From Escherichia phage KS_A3: 58,418 bases of DNA. Below the pieces are notes generated by a model. That model saw nothing but the letters and a program-made list of their open reading frames with translations. It made no database searches and was not told the origin of the DNA. Position 1 is the first letter of the stretch; every line of letters begins with the position of its first letter. Both the position numbers and the translations under genes were made by a program. The stretch is from sequence record PP627278.1; one strand, given 5' to 3'. Below are positions 10,059-18,625 of the stretch, one piece after another.

Positions 10059-10456
10059 AAGCGCGCAGACAGTTAATTGATAAGAAGATCCTCCAATGGG
10101 AACTAAATAGCAAAGTCCCCGGCGGGGGATCTTCTTTATTATCGCAACTGCAAAAGGTTGAGGAACAGTCTGGTAAGACGCCACCTAAGCTTAAAGAATA
10201 TCGGGAAAAGGAAATACCGGTTTGCTTTGAATACCTGTCTACTTTATTTGATGACATTTACACTGGAGGGGATTTTAGTTATACAGAATTGCACAGCTAT
10301 CAGGTAACAATGGGCTTACATCTTCAACCGTACGAATGCGAAATACTGCGACAGCTATGGCTTGAAAAGCGCGTGTCTGAAGCTGAACAAAATGCTAAAC
10401 TCATGGAAAGTCAAATGCAGAATCTGAATAAAGGTAGAAGGAAAAGGAGAAGGTAA
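9651..10456 (+). CDS. tail assembly chaperone frameshift product (GT-like), made by -1 programmed ribosomal frameshift
   Basis: -1 frame is open from 10049 to the TAA at 10454-10456 with no start codon of its own and is not in the ORF track; T_TTT_TTC heptamer at 10049-10055 in X_XXY_YYZ register. Confidence 0.5.
10049..10055 (+). other. slippery heptamer TTTTTTC for -1 frameshift
   Basis: zero-frame codons TTT TTC just before stop of the chaperone ORF; hairpin AAGAAGATCC..GGATCTTCTT at 10082-10135 downstream. Confidence 0.5.
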
Positions 10457-13400
10457 TGGCCGAAACTGCTTCGCTAGTAATCAGGGTTGACGCGAAAGGG
10501 ATTAGCACAGCGGACTCCATGCTGCGTAACCTTGCGCGTACAGGTGACACAGCGGAGCGTTCCGCTCAACGTGTCACATCCAGCTATAAGACATTGTCTA
10601 ACGCATCTAACGAACTTGCAACTGTCACAAGTCGTTTAGATGCTGCAATTGTAGGAATGATTAGCGTCGACACCATTAACCGTGTTATTTCGCTATCGGA
10701 CTCCTGGACTATCCTCACCAACAAGCTTGAACTGGCTCGTACGGGTAATGAAACCGTTGCGGATGCGCAACAACGTGTATTTGATATTGCCCAGCGTTCG
10801 CGTACAAGCTTGGAAGCGACTGCAACTCTGTACTCCCGTCTCCAGCGTGCGATGAAGAATACTGGTATGACGGGTATGGAGCTTGGACGTATCACGGAAA
10901 CAATCAACAAAGCAATGATCGTTTCTGGTGCAACGTCCCATGAAGCAAGTGCTGCCCTTATTCAGTTTTCGCAAGCAATGGCGTCCGGTGTTCTGCGTGG
11001 GGACGAATTCCGATCCGTTGCAGAACAAGCGCCCCGCTTAACTCAAATCATGTCCGATGCGTTAGGCGTTACCATTGGACAATTGCGTGAAATGGCTCAC
11101 AGCGGCAAGTTGAGCGCCGATGTGGTTATCAAATCGTTGTCTGGTGCTGCGGATACAATTGATAAAGAATTTAGCCGCACTATGCCAACGTTTAACCAGC
11201 AATGGACGGTTGCAACAAACAACTTGACTAAGTTCATGGGCGAATCCCAAAAGACTCAAGGTGCGGTTGCTGCATTGGGACAGACGTTTGTTGCGTTATC
11301 CAAAAACTTAGGAACGGTTGTAACAGTTGGTTCAGCTTTAGCCACAGTAATTACCGCCCGTATCATTACGGCAATGCTTGCTAAGACTAAAGCGTCTATA
11401 GCTGCTGCAAAAGCATCGCAGATGGAAGCTGCACAAACGGCGGCAACTACTGCGGTGATGCAAAGCTCTATTGGCGTTACCGCGCAGAAAGCGGCTGCGG
11501 ATCGTGCTGCTTCTCTTGCAGCGTTACAGGTTGCTCGCGGGTCATTAGCGGTTGCTAAAGGTACGGCAGCGGAAGCAGGCGCACGTCTTGCGCTTATTAA
11601 CGCTACCCGTGCGCATTCTGCGGCAATTATGGCGGACGTACAAGCGCGGCAAGCGCTCAATGCTGCGCTTAATGCAACTGTACCAGCCGCAAGCCGAGCA
11701 GCTACAGCAATGAGCGTGCTGCGCGGTGCTATGGGGTTAATTGGCGGTCCTGTTGGTGTAGCAATGCTGGCAGCGGGTGCAATTTACTCCTATAAAGCGT
11801 CGTTGGAAGCTGGTCGTGCGGAAAACAATCAATTTGCGGATAGTGTTGATTCTGTACGCGAGAAACTGATGCAGATGACAGAAGCTCAGTTGGCAGCTAA
11901 CGCAGTTAAAGCTCGCGCAATCCTCCCTGAACTTGAAGAGCAAATGAAGCGGGAGCAAACTGCTCTTAAATCTGCAACGGAAACGCAGAAGTTCTATGAA
12001 GCACAATTAAAACGTCGTGCTGCGTCCGGTCGTGATACGGCCAGTGCTGAAAAGAATTTACAAATTGCAACGGATAACGTCAAGCTTGCTGCGGAACGTG
12101 CTGAAGAAGCTCAACGTCGTTACAACAATGTGCTTGAAATGACAAGTCCCGCTATAGAGAAAATAATCCCTCTAGCGCGTCAGCTTGCTGCGGATATGAA
12201 GGCTGTCCTTAACATTAAATCCGGTCCGTTGATTGACGAAAAAGTATTGGACCGCTTTAAAGGTCAACTAGGGGACGTTAACCGTGAGATTGATGTTAAC
12301 ACGGTTAAGGGTGCTGGCAATGCTCGCCAAGCTGCAATCCTTAGTGGACTGTATCAGACGCTGGGCAAGGATGCGGATACATACGGAAGTCTTATTCGCA
12401 AAGTAGCTATGGGTCAGGACGTTAGCTCAGAGGCAACAAGCGAGTCCGCTAAAGAGCTTGTTAAATATGCTCAAGATTTAGCCCAAGCTCTTGGCAAAAA
12501 CTACGATCTTGAAGAAGCAGAGAGAAACCGGACTAAAGCTATAAAAGACGGTATTAAAGCAGAACAACAGAACGCCAAAGTTATTGACAATTTACGCAAC
12601 AAGCTTAACGAAGTAACCACAGGAGTTAAGGAAAACGCCAAAGCAAAAGCTCAAGCTGTGGCTTTAAACAAGCTCAATACGTCTGCAACTGCCGCGGAAA
12701 AAGCAGAAGTTATGAGTCTTGCTGCTGCGATTTATGAAGCGGAAGAAGCTCAAAAGAAACTGGACGAGCGTAAAAAGAATCGTAAAGTTGCTCAAGGTCT
12801 GTTAGATGAAGGTATGACGGACTATGAAAAAATCGCGTATGAGCAAAATACTAAGATTGCAGAGCTTAATGCAAAACAGCGAGCCGATGATTTAGCTTAC
12901 TATCAGCTTTACGAAGACGCTAAGACGCAAGTCCTGAAGAAAGCGAGTATGGAAAGAGAAAATCTGGATAAAGTTCTTATGAACCGAATGATATCCTTTT
13001 CTCAGGAATCCTTAGGCATTATAATGGATGGCCTGTCACAGGCTGTAAGCCAGCAGAACTTCTTTTATAAAGCTATGTTTGCAGCACAGAAAGCAATGCA
13101 AATCCCATCAATCCTTGCCAACACGGAAACGGCAGCATCTGCGGCGCTTGCATGGGGTACACAGCAAGGAGGTGCTACGATGGGTGCAACAATGGCAGCT
13201 ATAGTGAAAACTATGGGTTATGCGTCCGCTGCCACTGTGGGTGGCTTAGCGATTGCTGGTATGGCTCACGACGGTATTGATAACGTTCCGCGTGAAGGTA
13301 CATGGTTGCTGGATAAGGGTGAACGTGTACTTAATGCTCCGTCTAATGACAAGTTAAACCGCTTCCTGGATAGCCAAGCTTCACAACAAGGTGGCGTGAA

Positions 13401-13572
13401 TATGTCCGGTGGTGTTAGCATTGTTCAGTATATCACGGTGCAAGGAAATGGCGATGCAGCACTCACACAAGCCATGCAAAAAGCGGCCCGTGATGGCGCT
13501 GAGCAGGGATATAATAAAGTTCTTAATGACTTTGCATCCCGAGGAACAATTCGTAGAACTGCAATGGGGTAA
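10456..13572 (+). CDS. tail tape measure protein
   Basis: 1038 aa, Ala/Gln-rich helical protein, longest tail-module ORF directly after the frameshifted chaperone. Confidence 0.85.
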   Translation: MAETASLVIRVDAKGISTADSMLRNLARTGDTAERSAQRVTSSYKTLSNASNELATVTSRLDAAIVGMISVDTINRVISLSDSWTILTNKLELARTGNETVADAQQRVFDIAQRSRTSLEATATLYSRLQRAMKNTGMTGMELGRITETINKAMIVSGATSHEASAALIQFSQAMASGVLRGDEFRSVAEQAPRLTQIMSDALGVTIGQLREMAHSGKLSADVVIKSLSGAADTIDKEFSRTMPTFNQQWTVATNNLTKFMGESQKTQGAVAALGQTFVALSKNLGTVVTVGSALATVITARIITAMLAKTKASIAAAKASQMEAAQTAATTAVMQSSIGVTAQKAAADRAASLAALQVARGSLAVAKGTAAEAGARLALINATRAHSAAIMADVQARQALNAALNATVPAASRAATAMSVLRGAMGLIGGPVGVAMLAAGAIYSYKASLEAGRAENNQFADSVDSVREKLMQMTEAQLAANAVKARAILPELEEQMKREQTALKSATETQKFYEAQLKRRAASGRDTASAEKNLQIATDNVKLAAERAEEAQRRYNNVLEMTSPAIEKIIPLARQLAADMKAVLNIKSGPLIDEKVLDRFKGQLGDVNREIDVNTVKGAGNARQAAILSGLYQTLGKDADTYGSLIRKVAMGQDVSSEATSESAKELVKYAQDLAQALGKNYDLEEAERNRTKAIKDGIKAEQQNAKVIDNLRNKLNEVTTGVKENAKAKAQAVALNKLNTSATAAEKAEVMSLAAAIYEAEEAQKKLDERKKNRKVAQGLLDEGMTDYEKIAYEQNTKIAELNAKQRADDLAYYQLYEDAKTQVLKKASMERENLDKVLMNRMISFSQESLGIIMDGLSQAVSQQNFFYKAMFAAQKAMQIPSILANTETAASAALAWGTQQGGATMGATMAAIVKTMGYASAATVGGLAIAGMAHDGIDNVPREGTWLLDKGERVLNAPSNDKLNRFLDSQASQQGGVNMSGGVSIVQYITVQGNGDAALTQAMQKAARDGAEQGYNKVLNDFASRGTIRRTAMG

Positions 13573-13575
13573 TAT

Positions 13576-14160
13576 ATGCTCACTTGGCCCGAAGAAATTA
13601 GACCGTCTGAGATGGAATGGTATCTAGTTTCAAACTCTGTAGAATTTACAAGCCCCTTCAATGGGGCTTCCCAAACTGTGTCCTATCCTGGATCACGATG
13701 GGAAGCAACGTTGACATTTAGTAATTTAAATGACTGGCAATCCAGAAAGCTCGAATCGACATTAGCTAAGCTTGATGGTAAAGCTGGTCGAATTATGCTT
13801 CAAGATTTTGGTCGTTGGGGACGTGCACCGATTGGATCACCTGTGGTTAACGGTGCAAACAATACAGGGACAACTTTATCAACTAAAGGTTGGACGCCTA
13901 ATAGAAAGGTTTTATGGGAAGGGGATTACATCGCAGTAAACGATGAATTAAAATTAATAACCGAGGATGCTTGGAGCGATTCTTCTGGTAACGTGATATT
14001 AAATATCGCCCCGATGCTAAGGACTATTCCACCGAATGGGGCTAAAATCGAAACTCAAAAGCCACAAGGGGCTTTCCGGTTAGCGGAAAATACTAACGGG
14101 GTTAAGCGTCAGCCCGCTTTTAATAATTCATTCACTCTAAAATTCTCGGAGGCGTTCTAA
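13576..14160 (+). CDS. minor tail protein (lambda M-like position)
   Basis: 194 aa ORF directly after tape measure. Confidence 0.45.
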   Translation: MLTWPEEIRPSEMEWYLVSNSVEFTSPFNGASQTVSYPGSRWEATLTFSNLNDWQSRKLESTLAKLDGKAGRIMLQDFGRWGRAPIGSPVVNGANNTGTTLSTKGWTPNRKVLWEGDYIAVNDELKLITEDAWSDSSGNVILNIAPMLRTIPPNGAKIETQKPQGAFRLAENTNGVKRQPAFNNSFTLKFSEAF

Positions 14161-14744
14161 TGCTATTCAGTCCTTTCAGCGATACGCTTCTTGACGCAAT
14201 GGAGCAAACAAATGTTAGCCTGGTTCTTGCTGCGGAGATTGACTTTCCTTCTGGTGTAACGCGTGTGCATACTGGGACAGGGGTTGTTGTTATTAATGGT
14301 CAGACTTTCCTTGGCGTTGGTACTCTTGGGGACGTTGGGTCAGTGACTGAGGAAAACAGCACTAGCTCCAGCACAATGTCCATGGCGCTTAGCGGTCTGG
14401 ACATGAGTCTTGTTGGGGAGACATTAAACGAAGAAGTTATCGGGCGTAATGTTGTTTGCTATATTGCAGTGATGAACGATCAAGGTAATGTCATTGCTGC
14501 TAATATTTTATTTGAAGGTTTTATTACAGACACCGCATTACAAGCAGGTCAACAGAATGCCTTGAGTTATGTTATTTCCAACGTGTTTGAGCGTTGGTCA
14601 CAAGGTTTACCGGATCGCTATACAGATGAAAGTCAACAGCGTTTATATCCAGGCGACCGTTTCTTTAGATACATTGCACAAATGGCTGAACGTTCAATCT
14701 TTTGGGGGAGTAAGAAAGATGCGCCAGGGTTCTCCTATGAGTAA
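14160..14744 (+). CDS. minor tail protein (lambda L-like position)
   Basis: 194 aa ORF, coupled start. Confidence 0.45.
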   Translation: MLFSPFSDTLLDAMEQTNVSLVLAAEIDFPSGVTRVHTGTGVVVINGQTFLGVGTLGDVGSVTEENSTSSSTMSMALSGLDMSLVGETLNEEVIGRNVVCYIAVMNDQGNVIAANILFEGFITDTALQAGQQNALSYVISNVFERWSQGLPDRYTDESQQRLYPGDRFFRYIAQMAERSIFWGSKKDAPGFSYE

Positions 14745-15153
14745 GTTGCCGGGCTGGCAGACACGTTTATTAACCACAGTAAAGGAGTTGTCATCGACTC
14801 CTTTTTCTTGGGGTGAAAATGATTGCTGCACCTTCGCGGCTAAATGTGTTGATGCGCAATACGGCACAAATATCTACGAACAAGTTGCTGGAAAATATAG
14901 TACCGAGCTTGGAAGTAAAAAGTTCACTATTGAAAGAGTTGGAACCGCTTACCTTCCATTGTTATTGGATACTTACCTCAGCGAACGAGTTGACAAGAAC
15001 TATGCGCAAAGAGGCGATGTGGTTACATTTGAGGGAGCATTGGGCTTAACTGCTGGCATATTATGGACTGGATATGTATGGGCTATGGGTCCGAACGGTG
15101 TGGAAACATTCCCGCTTAATAAGATCAAAATTACGGATATTTGGAGGGTCTAA
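14719..15153 (+). CDS. tail assembly protein (lambda K-like, possible NlpC/P60-type)
   Basis: track ORF from 14569 overlaps upstream gene; ATG at 14719 has SD (GGGGGAG); contains NDCCTF motif resembling the Cys-containing NlpC/P60 motif. Confidence 0.4.
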   Translation: MRQGSPMSKLPGWQTRLLTTVKELSSTPFSWGENDCCTFAAKCVDAQYGTNIYEQVAGKYSTELGSKKFTIERVGTAYLPLLLDTYLSERVDKNYAQRGDVVTFEGALGLTAGILWTGYVWAMGPNGVETFPLNKIKITDIWRV

Positions 15154-18100
15154 TGCCACCAGCAATAATTGGAGCAGCGATAGCTTTAGGTGCGTCGGCT
15201 GCTGCTGCGGCTAGTATTATTTCGGCTACTACCGCTCTCGTTATCGGTATTGCTGCAACCGCGGCAGGTGCTCTTTTGACTAAGACACCAAATATGAACT
15301 TTGATGCTTACAAGGGGCAGCAAGAGCGTAAACAGGTTCTGCGTGCAGCTACAGCGTCACGTTCTGTTGTATATGGCACGACTGTAGCGTCCGGACTATT
15401 AGCATTTGCGGAGGAAGAAGCTGGAGATCAAGATGAAGGTGAATGGATGCATCTTGTTGTCGTTCTTGCCAGTCATAAATTGGAAGGTATTGAAACGATT
15501 TGGTTGGGTGATGACGGAATTGATTGGTTTGGTGAAAACGCTACTTGGGAGTTTCATAACGACCGTCAGACTGTTGACCCATTCATGTTAAAACATTGTC
15601 CTTCCTGGAAGGAGGATATGATTGGCAAGGGTATTGCATGGCTACGTTTAAGCTTAAAGTTTGATGCTGAAAAATTCCCATCCGGTTTGCCAAACGTCAA
15701 GGTGTTGAAAAAGGGACGTAGAATTTATGACCCACGTTCCGGTCAAACTGTCTTTAGCGATAACGCTGCTCTTGTTATTCTTGATTATTTCCGCACGTAT
15801 TTAAAGCGCAAGGACGAGAATATTAACTGGGACCAATTCAAGGAAGCTGCTAACATCTGCGACGAGTTTGTAACTAATGCGGATAACACTACGGAAAGAC
15901 GCTACCGCATTAACGGTGAGTTTGAAGTGGACGAAGCACCTGCTAAGATCCTTGATGCTATGCTTGAAGCTTGCGGCGGGGAACTAACCTATATTGGCGG
16001 TAAGCATGGTCTGTTAGTTGGTGCGTATTACGGTCCAGCCACCATGACTTTGGATGAAAGCTGCATTGCTGGGGATATCAAAATAATCCCTGAGACGTCT
16101 TATAAAGAGCGTACCAATACCATTACAGGTACATTCGTCGACCCGAAGCAAACATACGCTGAAGCAGATTTCCCTCCAGTTGTGGTTAAGGAATGGGTGG
16201 AAAAAGATGGCGGTGAAATAACGCAAGACATGGATTTCCGCTTTGTTACAAGTGAATATCAAGCTCAACGTCTTGCTAATATTATTTTACGTCGTAAGCG
16301 TGTTGGTCGAACAATTGAAGTGCCGTGTAACATGAAGGGGTATAAATTCCGCCCCGGCATGTATGTCAACGTAACCATTTCAAATATCGGAATGAAAAAC
16401 GTTGAGATGCGCGTTACTAAATGGTCATTCGATCCTAAAGGTGGGATTAATCTTGTTCTTCGTCAAGACTTCCTGGAAATGTGGGACGACGCTATTGGTA
16501 AACCAATGGAGCGCCCGGATCTGGTAGACCTTCCGTCTGGTGCTATTGCTCAACCGCAGAACCTTCAGTATCAGGTATTGCAGATTAGCGATGTTGTGCA
16601 GGGTGTTTTAACGTGGAGCAATATTGGACAGGTAGCATATAACCGCGTAGCCGTGCGACAGGGAGGTACAACGGTTTGGACCGCACAAGTCCCTGGCCAA
16701 AACGTTCGCGTTACTGGGTTGCTGCGGGGCGCGTATACAGCGCATGTTCAAGCGGTAGCTTATAGCGGGGCAATATCGCCGGAAGCATATCTGGAATTTA
16801 ATATTCAGGCTCCGCCGCCACCAACATCTATTGAAGTACAACAGGGTTACTTTGCTATAAGCCTGATCCCTAGATCTGCGGACCTTGCAAACGTTAGCAC
16901 GCAGTATGATTTCTGGACTTCCGGTGAAACAAGATTGTCATCTGTGTCTACAGACGTTGTTGAGCGTGAAGCAACTCGTAAAGGTATGGGTACAACCTGG
17001 ACTTCGGAAGGTTTGAAGAATGACCACACTTATTACTGGTATGTCCGCACCATTAACGCTTTCGGATCATCTGCATTTGTAGAAGTAGCTGCATTGTGCT
17101 TTACAACAGCTACAGATTTGATGCCACAAATTGATTCTGAATTCAAGAAGACGGAGACTTACAAAGAGCTTACTACTGAAATCACAGGTGTTAAAGACGG
17201 TGTTACTCAGCTTAGCCAAACTGTAGTGGAAACTGAACAGCGTTTAAGTCAAAGCGTTAGCAATGTTCAACAAAGCGTTATCACTTTGGATGGTGTTGTT
17301 CAGGATCAGGGCGTTACCATTAATGAACAAGGACAGCTTATCGACGCACAGGGTAAGTTGATTGACACTCAAGGTAAGACTATTGAAACGGTTAGCGCGA
17401 CCGTGCAGGAGACAAGTAAAGCAGTTGTAGATCTGGAAGGTAATGTTAACGCTCAATGGGGTGCTAAAGTACAGGTAGATAGTAAAGGGCAAAAATACGT
17501 TGCTGGTATCCAGTTAGGTATGGAAGGGTCCGGTGGCGCTGTTCAGTCTTACTTTATGGTAAGTGCTAACAACTTTGCTATCTATAACCCGACAAACAGC
17601 GCCGCTGAATTAGCATTTGCCGTTAAAAACGGTCAAGTGTTTATGAAGGCTACATTTATTGAAAATGGTACTATCGACAGTGCTAAGATAGCAAACCAAA
17701 TTCAGTCAACAAACTACGCTAACAATAGCGCGGGTTGGATGATTAACAAGAATGGTAGCGCTCAGTTTAACAACGTAACGATAAGAGGTACTGTATACGC
17801 TAGCAACGGATCTTTCACAGGCACAGTGAACGCAACAAGCGGTAAATTCAAGGGTACTGTGGAAGCTACCAGTTTTGTGGGTGATGTTGCGAATATGTGT
17901 GTCATTGCTGAGTCTGCAATACCAAACACACAAACTACAAGTTCAAGAACCTGGACAAAAACTTTCAAAGACTCATCCGGTTCAGCATTATCTAAAGACT
18001 TTGTGTTGCTATTAAGTTATAGTTTAACTGCATATACATCAAATCAGGCAAGTCGTATAATTGTGACTGCTAACATAGGGGGGACATCAATTACAAGGAG

Positions 18101-18275
18101 GATTGAGCGAGCTGCTAATGGTCCTGCCATGGATGTAACCATACCTTTAGCAGTGAAAGGAAAGACAGCGTCGAGCGTAACAATAAGCGTTAAGGAGGAG
18201 TATACGAACGTCTATGGGAGCTACTTGCGCCCGTCTGTAATATTAATGACTCGCGGAACTGGTAGTTGGTCGTAA
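15141..18275 (+). CDS. tail tip / host specificity protein (lambda J-like)
   Basis: 1044 aa; N-terminal Gly/Ala-rich hydrophobic segment reminiscent of the lambda gpI C-terminus; fibronectin-III-like region; position after M/L/K-like genes. Confidence 0.7.
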   Translation: MEGLMPPAIIGAAIALGASAAAAASIISATTALVIGIAATAAGALLTKTPNMNFDAYKGQQERKQVLRAATASRSVVYGTTVASGLLAFAEEEAGDQDEGEWMHLVVVLASHKLEGIETIWLGDDGIDWFGENATWEFHNDRQTVDPFMLKHCPSWKEDMIGKGIAWLRLSLKFDAEKFPSGLPNVKVLKKGRRIYDPRSGQTVFSDNAALVILDYFRTYLKRKDENINWDQFKEAANICDEFVTNADNTTERRYRINGEFEVDEAPAKILDAMLEACGGELTYIGGKHGLLVGAYYGPATMTLDESCIAGDIKIIPETSYKERTNTITGTFVDPKQTYAEADFPPVVVKEWVEKDGGEITQDMDFRFVTSEYQAQRLANIILRRKRVGRTIEVPCNMKGYKFRPGMYVNVTISNIGMKNVEMRVTKWSFDPKGGINLVLRQDFLEMWDDAIGKPMERPDLVDLPSGAIAQPQNLQYQVLQISDVVQGVLTWSNIGQVAYNRVAVRQGGTTVWTAQVPGQNVRVTGLLRGAYTAHVQAVAYSGAISPEAYLEFNIQAPPPPTSIEVQQGYFAISLIPRSADLANVSTQYDFWTSGETRLSSVSTDVVEREATRKGMGTTWTSEGLKNDHTYYWYVRTINAFGSSAFVEVAALCFTTATDLMPQIDSEFKKTETYKELTTEITGVKDGVTQLSQTVVETEQRLSQSVSNVQQSVITLDGVVQDQGVTINEQGQLIDAQGKLIDTQGKTIETVSATVQETSKAVVDLEGNVNAQWGAKVQVDSKGQKYVAGIQLGMEGSGGAVQSYFMVSANNFAIYNPTNSAAELAFAVKNGQVFMKATFIENGTIDSAKIANQIQSTNYANNSAGWMINKNGSAQFNNVTIRGTVYASNGSFTGTVNATSGKFKGTVEATSFVGDVANMCVIAESAIPNTQTTSSRTWTKTFKDSSGSALSKDFVLLLSYSLTAYTSNQASRIIVTANIGGTSITRRIERAANGPAMDVTIPLAVKGKTASSVTISVKEEYTNVYGSYLRPSVILMTRGTGSWS

Positions 18276-18282
18276 TAAATAA

Positions 18283-18310
18283 TTAACCCCTCAAACGAGG
18301 GGTTAATTTT
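18283..18310. terminator. bidirectional hairpin terminator
   Basis: TTAACCCCTC-AAAC-GAGGGGTTAA followed by TTTT on + and by a U-rich run on -; sits between convergent genes. Confidence 0.5.
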
Positions 18311-18543
18311 CAATAATCAATCACACAGTTTGAAGGTGAGCCAATTCGTCGGTATTCGTGATCAATTTCATGGCACCATTGCCCAGTCATTGGAAGCTTT
18401 TCGGTATCATAAATTAAAGAACCGTTACCATCGCGATCCAAAGGTTTTGGAATGACACCGGAATTAGGTTTACCAGTATTTAAACCATTACCACATGCAG
18501 TAAGGGACAAACATAATGCCAGCATAATTAGGGCGTGTTTCAT
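18310..18543 (-). CDS. small lipoprotein, candidate receptor-blocking superinfection exclusion protein (Llp/Cor-like)
   Basis: 77 aa, signal peptide with lipobox (LSLTAC), SD AAGGAG; opposite strand, wedged between J-like and tail fibre genes. Confidence 0.55.
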   Translation of the reverse strand: MKHALIMLALCLSLTACGNGLNTGKPNSGVIPKPLDRDGNGSLIYDTEKLPMTGQWCHEIDHEYRRIGSPSNCVIDY

Positions 18544-18625
18544 CGGGACTCCTTTGTGTTGTTGTTAAGGTTCAATTTTAATATACTTGTTGTGTTGAGT
18601 AAGTCAAATAAATGTGGGAGATATT

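Noticed and set aside
14569-14718. Over-extended track starts (14569, 18614, 25551, 56693 and others)
   Set aside because: Upstream extensions overlap the preceding gene or begin at GTG without an SD; the internal ATG with a Shine-Dalgarno was used instead
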